A DNA stretch of 64,000 nt from assembly GCA_965248055.1 (NCBI GenBank), contig CBDFIJ010000004.1, positions 2,144,001-2,208,000 of the forward strand, read 5' to 3'. Origin of the DNA: Candidatus Multivoradales bacterium (GTDB lineage Bacteria > Acidobacteriota > Thermoanaerobaculia > Multivoradales > JAHEKO01). How positions within the stretch are numbered: the stretch's first letter is position 1; the number at the start of each line of letters is the position of its first letter. The notes under the pieces are model-generated. The model was given only the letters and a program-made list of their open reading frames with translations. It was not told where the DNA came from and did not search any database. The position numbers were made by a program, and so were the translations under genes. Shown one piece after another: positions 47,509-56,496 of the stretch.

Positions 47509-48629
47509 GTGGAGTAAACGACCACAGACACTACGTTCCAATTCTCAAGTCGAAACAAGGGGAATTTGGAGCTCTTCAGAGATTGCGTGAGGAGGACCGA
47601 GACCGACTCACCCCTTTATTGGATGTCGTACGAGTCCCTTTCAATTGGAAAACGCAAAAGCCAAGCAAAGAATTGGGCGAGCACCTCGCAGCCAAGGCGG
47701 CCAAATTTACTGCAGCGTGGGGTAGTCGGTTAGCATTTGTTGATCTATACGATATTGACCTTGCATACCGTGTGAGTGGAAACAAACACCCTCTCTTGTT
47801 TGTCTTCGAAAGATTCCGTGAGGAGGGTGCCACGGCCATACCCGTCACTGGCTTTGATAGAGACCGGAATTACAACAATGCCGTCAAAGCCATCCATCAG
47901 GCCGACGGGAGAGGAGTTTGCATTCGGCTACTTCAAGAGGATTTGCTCTTGATGGGCAGTCTCGCAGATCAGGTCGCGGGTATGTCAGCGCAGCTAGGCG
48001 TCCCGTTGGAACGAACGCATTTAGTCATAGATCTTCGTGAACTAAAGCCTCGCGATGTCCCGAGTTATTCTCGATTGGTACGTGATGCGCTGTGGGCCCT
48101 AGACGACACAACACGTGGGGTTGCTTCGCTTGTCCTATCGGCGTCCTCCATGCCAAGCCAGCTCGGCGATGCAGTACCAACTGGGAACACCGACTCATTA
48201 GAGCGACTTGAGTTTCGTTTTTGGAGGTCACTTGTCGCGAACAGCGACCTCGGTCGACTTCCTTCTTTTGGTGACTACGGAATTGTTGCACCGGATTTCC
48301 TGGAATTAAACCCGAAAACCATTTCGATCGCACCAACAATCCGCTACACGACTCAAAAAAACTGGTTGATCATGCGCGGCATAAGTACGAAGAAGCATCC
48401 CGATGGATTCAAACAGTTCCATAGCCTGGCAGCGGATCTAGTTTCTCGACCAGAGTACTTTGGGGCCAGTTGTTGTTGGGGTGACGAATACATTTCCCAA
48501 AATGCCACACGCGAAGTGGGCCCCGGCAATGCGTGTAAATGGGTTGAGGTCGGGACAAATCATCACCTGTCCGTCGTCAGTCGGCAAATCACCGCACTTC
48601 CGCAACTGCGCACTCCCAGTCCTCTCTAG
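47502..48629 (+). CDS. Beta-family protein (phage P4 beta / Beta_protein-like)
   Basis: YVPILKSKQGEFGAL, TPLLDV, IPVTG, GVCIRL, SFGDYGI, IRYTT..WLI.RG, CCWGDEYI, GNACKW..GTNHHL. Confidence 0.82.
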   Translation: MVSGVNDHRHYVPILKSKQGEFGALQRLREEDRDRLTPLLDVVRVPFNWKTQKPSKELGEHLAAKAAKFTAAWGSRLAFVDLYDIDLAYRVSGNKHPLLFVFERFREEGATAIPVTGFDRDRNYNNAVKAIHQADGRGVCIRLLQEDLLLMGSLADQVAGMSAQLGVPLERTHLVIDLRELKPRDVPSYSRLVRDALWALDDTTRGVASLVLSASSMPSQLGDAVPTGNTDSLERLEFRFWRSLVANSDLGRLPSFGDYGIVAPDFLELNPKTISIAPTIRYTTQKNWLIMRGISTKKHPDGFKQFHSLAADLVSRPEYFGASCCWGDEYISQNATREVGPGNACKWVEVGTNHHLSVVSRQITALPQLRTPSPL

Positions 48630-49176
48630 CGCGCAGCGTATTGCGCACAATTTCTAGCAGTTCAGGTAGCTCAAAAGCTTCGCACACTTTCTCCCACACT
48701 ATTTGGCGTTGCTTAGTACGCAAGCCCCGCGCAAGCGCATGCTTTTTCAGAAGGTCCAAGGCTTCTTCTCGCCACAGGAGTTGCGCCACCGCGTATGCCT
48801 TCTGCGAAGGATTATTTTTTGGTTGACGAACGCTATTCAACGAGATCCGGTCATCTTGTCTTGACGCAAGGATGAGACCCCACCACTTTGGTACGAGGTC
48901 GCGGGCTCGCGCCATGTGCAGCTTGGTTGTTACCAGCGATACTTGATCCAATACATCACAATACACTGCGGCTTGGCGATTTAGCCGTCTTAATGTGTCA
49001 CGGTCACTCTTAATCTCAAACCCGTGCAGGGAACAGTTGACAACAAGCAGGTCGGGCCGCGCAGATCCCTGGCACAAGCCAACCTCTTCAAACAGTTGGC
49101 CTTCGGCCGTTCCAGGTAGAAGCGCCCTTCTTAGTTCTCTTCTAATATCTGAGTCAGAAATCCGGTTAGTACTCAA
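48589..49176 (-). CDS. sce7726-family protein (PD-(D/E)XK-like)
   Basis: DSDIR, EEVGLCQGSARPDLLVVN..LHGFEIKSDRDTLRRL.RQ..VY, PKWWGL, AQLLWREE. Confidence 0.85.
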   Translation of the reverse strand: MSTNRISDSDIRRELRRALLPGTAEGQLFEEVGLCQGSARPDLLVVNCSLHGFEIKSDRDTLRRLNRQAAVYCDVLDQVSLVTTKLHMARARDLVPKWWGLILASRQDDRISLNSVRQPKNNPSQKAYAVAQLLWREEALDLLKKHALARGLRTKQRQIVWEKVCEAFELPELLEIVRNTLRAREDWECAVAEVR

Positions 49177-49372
49177 ATTTCTGTTAGCTCCGGAGGTGTC
49201 CCCATTCCTGTATCTTAGAAGAAGTCAACTGAACTACCGAACTAGGTGCCACTCAGGCGAATAATGGGAGTAGCCTCCTTGGAGGCTCGCCTGGTTCTCG
49301 GGAGTCCCCAATCAGTCGAACTACCTGTCTCGCACTGAGTGGTGGCGTTAGCCAACCCAAACGCCCTCCCCG

Positions 49373-50416
49373 CTAGGTGATTGCCTCGAGCCCCAATTTG
49401 GCGACCGGCTCGGTGTATCCGCCGACGGCGCTCGCCTGGCGGCTGGATGCATTGCCCTGCATCGAGCGTTTGGCGACTCCTTGAATGATGGAGGCGAGCC
49501 GAAAAAAGCTGAACGCTATATAGAACGAGAAGTTCTTGATGCCGGAGATCTTGGCCTCCCGGCAGTACTGAGCCACGAGCTGCTGCTCGGAGGGTATTCC
49601 GAGGTGGTCGGGGTCCTGTCCGCGCAAACCTGACATCTTGCCGACACCCGCTGGCATGCGCAGCAACATGCACAGATAGCCGACGTCTGCGAATGGATGT
49701 CCGAGGGTCGAAAGCTCCCAGTCGAGGACCGCACGCACTGACGGTTGGTGGTGGTCGAAAACTAAATTATCAACGCGGTAGTCCCCATGCACTAGCGCGA
49801 CGCGGCCGTCGTCTTTGGGCAGCAGCGTATTGAGGCGCGCCATCAGCTCTTCCATCGCAGGAATGCGCTGGATCTCCGAGTCGCGGTACTGGCGACTCCA
49901 GCGACTGAACTGACGATCGAAGTAGTTGCCAGCCTTGCCAAAGTCTCCAAGCCCTGCGTCGTCGATGTCGACTTTGTGGAGCGCGGCAAGCACGCGAACG
50001 ACCTCTTGGTAGATCGGGGTGCGTGCCGACCGGTCAACGTCCGGCAGCGCGGCGTCCCAGAAAACCCTGCCATCGCAAAGTTCCATGATGTAGAACATCG
50101 ACCCGATGACACTGCGGTCTTCGCACAGATAGTGGACTGCGGGGACGGGAACGTCGCTTCTGGCGAGCGCCCGGAGGACGCGGAACTCCCGATCGACAGC
50201 ATGGGCCGACTTGAGCAGCTCCCCCGGCGGTTGCCGTCGCAGCACGTAGGTGCCAGACGCAGCTGTGAGCTGAAACGTCGGGTTCGACTGGCCGTCGGCA
50301 AACTTGTAGAGGGCAATCGGGCCACGAAACCCGTCGAGATGCGCCTCAAGATGCGCTGCTAGAGCTCCGAGATCGGGAGCGCTAGCATCCACTTCTGGGA
50401 AATCATCAATCCTCAC
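49373..50416 (-). CDS. APH-like phosphotransferase (ACAD10/11-associated type)
   Basis: [45 protein letters not shown]. Confidence 0.92.
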   Translation of the reverse strand: MRIDDFPEVDASAPDLGALAAHLEAHLDGFRGPIALYKFADGQSNPTFQLTAASGTYVLRRQPPGELLKSAHAVDREFRVLRALARSDVPVPAVHYLCEDRSVIGSMFYIMELCDGRVFWDAALPDVDRSARTPIYQEVVRVLAALHKVDIDDAGLGDFGKAGNYFDRQFSRWSRQYRDSEIQRIPAMEELMARLNTLLPKDDGRVALVHGDYRVDNLVFDHHQPSVRAVLDWELSTLGHPFADVGYLCMLLRMPAGVGKMSGLRGQDPDHLGIPSEQQLVAQYCREAKISGIKNFSFYIAFSFFRLASIIQGVAKRSMQGNASSRQASAVGGYTEPVAKLGLEAIT

Positions 50417-51636
50417 AAACGGTCGGCGCTTAACTCCCGTGCGAGACTGCGCCCCAGTTGCATCATGTGGACCTGATCCGGCCCATCCGCCAGCCGAATG
50501 GCGCGCGCCATCGAATACGCGCGAGCGAGAAAGGTGTCCTGACTGAGGCCTGCCGCGCCATGGATCTGGATGGCGCGATCGATGACGTTACAGGCCATGG
50601 TCGGCACCGCGATCTTGCTCATCGCAATCAGATCCTTAGCAATCTTCGTCCCCTCTTGATCCATCTTCGCGGCCGCTTTGAAGGTTAGTAGTCGCGCTTG
50701 CTCCACGTCACACGCGGACCGGGCGATGTCTTCTCGCACGGACTGTTGGTCGATCAGCGGGCGGCCGAACGCGATTCGCGAACTCGCACGCTGGCACATC
50801 GCTTCAAGAGCGCGTTGTGCCAGGCCGACTAGTCGCATGCAGTGGTGGATCCGTCCGGGCCCGAGTCGTCCTTGTGCGATTTCAAATCCCCGCCCCTCGC
50901 CGAGCAGTAGGTTTTCCTTCGGCACCCAGACATCGTTGAAGTGCACCTCGCCGTGTCCCTCTGGGGCCGCGTCGTATCCGTACACCTGCATTGGGCGCAC
51001 GACGTCCACACCTTCGGCATCGATGGGCACCAGGATCATGGACTGCTGCCGGTAGCGGTCTTCTTCGTCTGGGTCAGACTTGCCCATCACGATCAAGACC
51101 TTGGTGTGGCGGTTATGCGTACCGCTGACGTACCACTTGCGCCCGTTGATGCGGTATCCCTCGCCGTCGCGGATGATCGCCGTCTGGACGTTGGTGGCAT
51201 CCGAACAAGCGACTTCGGGCTCGGTCATGGCGAACGCCGAACGGATCTCGCCTTCGAGCAGCGGAATCAGCCACTTCTCTTGCTGTGTATCAGAGCCATA
51301 ACGGGCAAGAACCTCCATATTGCCGGTGTCCGGAGCGCTGCAATTGAAGGCCTCGGACGCCCACACCACGCGGCCCATGATCTCCGCCAAAGGGGCGTAT
51401 TCAAGAGTGGTGAGACCGGGGCTGAACGTGCCATAGGACTTGGGCAAAAAGAGGTTCCAGAGGCCCGCGGCCTTGGCATTTTTCTTGACCTCTTGCAGGA
51501 TCGACGGAGGCTGCCATCGGTCCCCCTCCTCGACCTCGTTCCAGAAGCGCTCGTCATTGGGATAGATGTGCTCGTGCATGAACGCCAGCAATTGCCGACG
51601 CAGCTCTTGAACCTTGGCGCTGGGTTCGAGATTCAT
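50413..51636 (-). CDS. Acyl-CoA dehydrogenase
   Basis: [47 protein letters not shown]. Confidence 0.95.
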   Translation of the reverse strand: MNLEPSAKVQELRRQLLAFMHEHIYPNDERFWNEVEEGDRWQPPSILQEVKKNAKAAGLWNLFLPKSYGTFSPGLTTLEYAPLAEIMGRVVWASEAFNCSAPDTGNMEVLARYGSDTQQEKWLIPLLEGEIRSAFAMTEPEVACSDATNVQTAIIRDGEGYRINGRKWYVSGTHNRHTKVLIVMGKSDPDEEDRYRQQSMILVPIDAEGVDVVRPMQVYGYDAAPEGHGEVHFNDVWVPKENLLLGEGRGFEIAQGRLGPGRIHHCMRLVGLAQRALEAMCQRASSRIAFGRPLIDQQSVREDIARSACDVEQARLLTFKAAAKMDQEGTKIAKDLIAMSKIAVPTMACNVIDRAIQIHGAAGLSQDTFLARAYSMARAIRLADGPDQVHMMQLGRSLARELSADRL

Positions 51637-51658
51637 TCCTTGTGAATGCCTTTCGCTC

Positions 51659-51741
51659 GGAGGTTATGCACGGAATGTAGTGTAGCGTTTGAATGTAGTG
51701 GAATGTAGTGGAGGTTATGCACGGAATGTAGTGTAGCGTTT
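51659..51741. repeat. 32-bp direct repeat (period 51) with GAATGTAGTG subrepeats
   Basis: GGAGGTTATGCACGGAATGTAGTGTAGCGTTT at 51659-51690 and 51710-51741. Confidence 0.9.
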
Positions 51742-52012
51742 TGTGTCCCACCAAAGGCGAAGTGGCTCGGTCGGCAGTCACCGTTCAGAAATTGAAATTA
51801 GTGCCAGAACTTAGGTGTCACCCGAGTAACGGGAGCGCCTGGAAAAATCCGAGATCCGGCGATTACGGCGATCAATTCTTGCTGCATAGGCCTGACCTCT
51901 CCTGATTTTGCTTCCAAAGTTCGGGCAAGGTTCTGCTCTACCTGGTTTCAAGCTCGATATAGATAGAGAGATTCCCGGAAGGCTGCATCCTTCGGCGACA
52001 CCCCCCTTAGTA

Positions 52013-53255
52013 GACGAGCGTTTCCAAAGTCATGGTCCAATACCTAGGCAACGTTGAGATCTTCGATACCGTGCTTCCATCTGAAGATGACAGGAGCTGC
52101 GTTGAGATCATCGAAGTAGGCTTCGATCCGGTTCCAGAGTTCTTCTTTGCTGGCGACGCGGATGTGTCGCAGCACGGAGCGCGCCATCTTGGAGAAGAGG
52201 GTTTCGATCAGGTTGAGCCAGGATCCGTGGACAGGTGTGAAGACGAACTCGAAACGATTGGGGACGCTCTTGAGGTAGGCGTTGGTCTCCTTTGAGAGGT
52301 GAGCGGAGTGGTTGTCGAGGATGAGGCGGATCTTGGTGTCGGGGGAGTAACTGCGCTCCAGCAACTGGAGAAACTCGATGAACTCCCGACTCCGATGCCG
52401 ATCGCGCATCAGGTGGTGAACGTGACCCGTCATCAGATCGACACCGGCGAGCAAACTGCTGGTTCCATGACGGACGTATTCGAACTCCCGCGAGATCGTG
52501 GGATGACGGCCAGGTACCGGAGGCAGGTCCGGCGCCTTCGACTCGATGGCTTGGATCCCCGGCCTTTCGTCGTAGCTGATGACCACCGTGGAGTTGTCCT
52601 CACCCGTAGCGCGTTCGAGCTCCACTTCTTTGTACACAAGGAGTATCTGGACCATCTTGTGGTCGAAGTCGGGATCGCGCCGTTCCAGGTAATACCGGAC
52701 TTTGTGCGGCCGCACCTTGCTCTGGGCCAAGATCTTCGACACGGTTCCTCCCGCCACCTTCGACAGACTTGGATGACCGGCATCTCGACAGTGGTTGTGA
52801 ATGTGTCGGACCAAGAGGTCAATTGTCCACAGCTCATGCGGGTAGCCCAGATCCTTCGGTTTCTGACAGGCGAGCGCGACCAGCCATGCTCTGGCCTCTG
52901 CTGTCAAGCTCCGCGGTCTCCCCGACCTCGACCTGTCGTCCAGCGCGGCAATCGCTCCGATCTCGAGCGCGCGATTCACCACGCGATTCACCGCGCTGCG
53001 CGACATCGATCTCTCCCGTGCGATCGCAGAGATCGACTCACCTTCCGCATAGGCGAGCAGAATCATCGCACGATCCACTCGAGATCGGGCTGCGCGTCGA
53101 GAGCGAGAGAGAGCCTCCAAAGACGACTGAATTTCACGATTCAACAAGAGCGGTGGCTTCGTCGAAGAGAATGGCATGACCGGCTACCTCCAAAAGACTG
53201 CTCAGCGAGATTGGTGAGCTTCATTTATAGTAGCTGAAATTCGGAAACGATGATG
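52013..53255 (-). mobile_element. IS630-family insertion sequence
   Basis: Flanking TA dinucleotides at 52011-52012 and 53256-53257; imperfect IRs sharing CGTTTCC.AA. Confidence 0.75.
52044..53177 (-). CDS. IS630-family transposase
   Basis: N-terminal HTH, SGRPR, ISYDERPGIQA, EYVRHGT, ILDNHSAH, TPVHGSWLNLIE. Confidence 0.95.
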   Translation of the reverse strand: MPFSSTKPPLLLNREIQSSLEALSRSRRAARSRVDRAMILLAYAEGESISAIARERSMSRSAVNRVVNRALEIGAIAALDDRSRSGRPRSLTAEARAWLVALACQKPKDLGYPHELWTIDLLVRHIHNHCRDAGHPSLSKVAGGTVSKILAQSKVRPHKVRYYLERRDPDFDHKMVQILLVYKEVELERATGEDNSTVVISYDERPGIQAIESKAPDLPPVPGRHPTISREFEYVRHGTSSLLAGVDLMTGHVHHLMRDRHRSREFIEFLQLLERSYSPDTKIRLILDNHSAHLSKETNAYLKSVPNRFEFVFTPVHGSWLNLIETLFSKMARSVLRHIRVASKEELWNRIEAYFDDLNAAPVIFRWKHGIEDLNVA

Positions 53256-53258
53256 TAG

Positions 53259-54158
53259 TTAGCTGACGAATGCTCTTGGTGGTGGAAATGATCCAGACGG
53301 GAAAGCTGCCGTGAGGTTGCCGGCTTTGAGTTGCTCGGAGGCGTCGCGGTAGGCGGCTACAAAGAAAGCGTAGGCTCGGTAGAGAGCTCGCCGCATCTGG
53401 CGGGTTGCACAGTGAAACAATGGGGCGGGGGAGCGCTTGAAGCGAGACGGCCGATGGGTGGCTGATAGGTCTGGCAATTCCAGTTCTCCTGCTTGAGTAC
53501 CCGATTCAATTGCTTCAGCCTGGACCAGTTCAATGAGCTCTTCTATTCGGCGAACGTTCGAACGAGAAGTTTGGTGAGCCCAACAGGGTAGAGGTGATAG
53601 GTGCAGTCGTTCTTGCAAGTAAAGTGCGGGACAACGGCCAGTTTGAATTTTTTCCCGGTACTCATCTGCACGCTTGCGCCAACGCCCGGTGAGGGTCGTG
53701 TGACCTTTACTCAACGGCGTGGCTGACTGTAGGCCTGGCCAATTTCGTGGATCATTGACTAGCCCTTCTTTGACCCCCTGCGCAAGTAAGTACTTCATGC
53801 GGCCCTCTTGGGCGGCTACCTCATCGCTAACAACAATGGCTTGGTAGCGACGACCCCAGAACTTTTCATTCCAACCGTACATGCGGCCTAGTTCTCTGGC
53901 GATATTGCTGTTGATGTAGCCAACGAATTGGGCCATTCGCTGGGCATCCGGGACGGAAATGAGCAGGTGGTAGTGGTTCGACATAAAGGCGAACCCGTGC
54001 ACTTTCACGGGATAGAGCCTCTGAGCCCTCCCGAGGACGCCAAGAATGATGTCGTTGACTGCCGCAGATGGCTTGAGGAGGTATCTACCCTGAAAGGTGC
54101 GGGTAGTTACCTCGACTAAGGTGTTTTCATCTGGAATGAATCGTAATCTCCGTCCCAT
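53259..54158 (-). CDS. REP-associated tyrosine transposase (Y1/HUH), apparently intact
   Basis: MGRRLR, FAFMSNHYHLL (HUH), FWGRRY, YLLAQGVKEGLV..PRNWPG, FPSGSFPP. Confidence 0.85.
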   Translation of the reverse strand: MGRRLRFIPDENTLVEVTTRTFQGRYLLKPSAAVNDIILGVLGRAQRLYPVKVHGFAFMSNHYHLLISVPDAQRMAQFVGYINSNIARELGRMYGWNEKFWGRRYQAIVVSDEVAAQEGRMKYLLAQGVKEGLVNDPRNWPGLQSATPLSKGHTTLTGRWRKRADEYREKIQTGRCPALYLQERLHLSPLPCWAHQTSRSNVRRIEELIELVQAEAIESGTQAGELELPDLSATHRPSRFKRSPAPLFHCATRQMRRALYRAYAFFVAAYRDASEQLKAGNLTAAFPSGSFPPPRAFVS

Positions 54159-54342
54159 GTAACAAGGGACGCAAAAGAGTCTTTCTATCTCCCGTTATTC
54201 GGGTGGCACGTTGGAGGCACGGGAGGCACGGCACGGATCAAACTCATCCATCAAAGTAGGTGGATTGTAGCGCTCAGCAAACGAGGACGCGTTTAAGAAC
54301 CAGATAGTGGATGACTATTACGCTATCAGGCCGCGGCTCGCT

Positions 54343-54370
54343 GGGGACACAATACAAGTATTGTGTCCCC
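54343..54370. repeat. 28-bp palindrome, copy 3
   Basis: Identical to 37031-37058; about 185 bp upstream of the RAYT start. Confidence 0.95.
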
Positions 54371-54456
54371 TTCCTCTTTCGCTTCAAATCGACGTCATTT
54401 TGTGCCGCACGGTCAAGGTGACTCTTGTAGTCTGAGCGGGGAGACGAGGCACGAAT

Positions 54457-55668
54457 ATGGAATCCAAGACAGTTACTGTTGTCGGAGGGGGGGCCAGCGC
54501 CCATGTGCTCATCCCCTTTCTGTCGGGCGCGGGTCATCAGGTACAAGTCCTAACACGGCAGCCGGACAAGTGGTCCAGCGAGGTCCAGCTCGAACTCCAG
54601 TCCATTGATCGAGAGTTGTTGCAGACGTTCTCGGGCTCACTCTCTCAAATAAGCGCGGATCCCGCCGAAGTGATTCCGACTAGCGACATTGTAGTTCTCT
54701 GTATGCCGGTGTGCGCCTACCGAGCTGCTTTGCACCAGATTGCGCCGTTCATACGGAGCGTTCCCGAAGTCTCCGTGGGGACGATCTACGGTCAGGCGGG
54801 CTTCAATTGGATGGTGGATGAAATCGCGGCGAAGTTCGACCTTGATTCGATTGTGGCCTTTGCCGTCGGATTGATTCCGTGGGTCTGCAGAGTTCGTGAG
54901 TATGGCGCGGTGGGAGTCACCTATGGGTGTAAAGAGGTCAACGTAGCTGCAGTCTCGCCACGCGACCGCTTTGACGGGCTCAATGAGTCTTTTTTTAGAC
55001 CGATCTGCGAGCAGTGGCTGGGCAAGGGGGCTTTCGAGCAATCCGACAGTTTTCTGTCTTTGACTCTTTCGGTCGACAATCAGATCATCCACCCGTCCCG
55101 CTGCTATGGGTTGTTTCAGCGCTACGGGGGGAGCTGGGCGACCCCTGACGAGATTCCCTACTTCTACCGGGATTTCGATGAGCAGTCGGCGGACTTGTTG
55201 CGGGCCCTCGACGCGGACTATTCCAAAGTGCGGGAGGCTATCCGGACTCGATTCTCTGAGCGTGAGTTTCCCTACATGCTGGACTATCTGTCCCTCGAGC
55301 GCTTGTCGTATCAGTCGGCCAACACCGACATCCGGGAGTCCTTTGTCACCTCACAAACGCTTGGCGCAATCAAGCCACCTGTTCGTAAGAGCGACCAAGG
55401 AGCGTGGGAGATCGACACCGACCATCGTTTCTTCACCGATGACATCACCTATGGAGTTTGCATTGCCAAATGGATGGCTGAAGAGATGGATCTGCAAGTA
55501 CCGACGATAGACGCGATCATCGAGTGGGTGCAGGGTTTGAGAGGTGAGGAGTACATCCAAGACGGACATCTGCTTGTGGATAGCGAGAGCCTGTCTGCAC
55601 CGTTGAAGTCAGGGATCCCCCCGGTCTATGGAATGCAATCTATGCGTGAGGTGGTGGAGAGCGGATAG
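54457..55668 (+). CDS. NAD(P)-dependent opine (octopine/tauropine-type) dehydrogenase family protein
   Basis: VVGGGASAH Rossmann motif, PWVCR, NQIIHP, FYRDFDE, RFFTDDITYG, VPTIDAIIEW. Confidence 0.82.
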   Translation: MESKTVTVVGGGASAHVLIPFLSGAGHQVQVLTRQPDKWSSEVQLELQSIDRELLQTFSGSLSQISADPAEVIPTSDIVVLCMPVCAYRAALHQIAPFIRSVPEVSVGTIYGQAGFNWMVDEIAAKFDLDSIVAFAVGLIPWVCRVREYGAVGVTYGCKEVNVAAVSPRDRFDGLNESFFRPICEQWLGKGAFEQSDSFLSLTLSVDNQIIHPSRCYGLFQRYGGSWATPDEIPYFYRDFDEQSADLLRALDADYSKVREAIRTRFSEREFPYMLDYLSLERLSYQSANTDIRESFVTSQTLGAIKPPVRKSDQGAWEIDTDHRFFTDDITYGVCIAKWMAEEMDLQVPTIDAIIEWVQGLRGEEYIQDGHLLVDSESLSAPLKSGIPPVYGMQSMREVVESG

Positions 55669-55750
55669 TCTGAGTGCGCGGACAAAAGGGGCAGGTCACC
55701 CCAGCGAGCTGTGCGGATTCCGACAGCGTCAAATGACAGAATCAGAAGCC

Positions 55751-56227
55751 ATGAACCGATCCACGACACGAACCGCGCTGCGGATAGGTGCATTGGCGCT
55801 GGCCGCGCTGATCTTCTTGGCCGGTCGTTGGAGTACAGGGGGCCTGTCGTTTCCTTGGCAGCCAGCGCCGGTGGCGTGGGAGGGATCGGAGAGCTCTGCT
55901 CAAGGTTCGGTTGAAGCCGCCTATGCGGGCCATCAGTCCGATGTCTGGTTAGGTGCCGACGGATTGGTAGATCGAGTGTTGAAAGATGACCGCAAAGGCT
56001 CTCGCCACCAGCGATTCGTGGTGGAGCTAGTGTCCGGGCACACCGTCCTGGTGGCCCACAACATCGATTTAGCCGAACGAGTACCGCTCAAAGCGGGCGA
56101 CCGCGTCGAGGTCTACGGAGAATATGAGTGGAGCGACCAGGGAGGAGTGTTGCATTGGACCCATCACGACCCCCAACGGCGGCGAAAAGGGGGCTGGATT
56201 CGCCACCGCGGTGTCGAGTACCGCTAG
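55751..56227 (+). CDS. DUF3465-domain protein
   Basis: DDRKGSRHQRF, VAHNIDLA, GEYEW..GGVLHWTHHDP. Confidence 0.9.
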   Translation: MNRSTTRTALRIGALALAALIFLAGRWSTGGLSFPWQPAPVAWEGSESSAQGSVEAAYAGHQSDVWLGADGLVDRVLKDDRKGSRHQRFVVELVSGHTVLVAHNIDLAERVPLKAGDRVEVYGEYEWSDQGGVLHWTHHDPQRRRKGGWIRHRGVEYR

Positions 56228-56481
56228 GCAGTTGTTTTCGAGCGGACGATGGCCGCGATCCGTCCGATCGAGTCCAGATTGTCGACGTTGATCTCGTGCG
56301 CAGCCAAAGCGACTCCGAATTCGGTTTCCAGGAATGCGGTCAGACCGAGTGTGGCAATCGAATCGAGAATACCGGTAGAAACCAAAGGACTCGAGTTGTT
56401 GAGGTTCTCAGAATCTTCCGGGTCTAGAACCTCTTCCAGTAGGTAGGCTCGGATGCGGTCTTCGATCGCTGGCAGGGGCAT
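56224..56481 (-). CDS. Acyl carrier protein
   Basis: Acidic 85 aa; GILDSI phosphopantetheine site; FLETEFGV, NLDSI. Confidence 0.92.
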   Translation of the reverse strand: MPLPAIEDRIRAYLLEEVLDPEDSENLNNSSPLVSTGILDSIATLGLTAFLETEFGVALAAHEINVDNLDSIGRIAAIVRSKTTA

Positions 56482-56496
56482 ACGTTTCTCCGGACT

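Noticed and set aside
52299-53237. 312-aa plus-strand ORF
   Set aside because: Antisense shadow of the IS630 transposase
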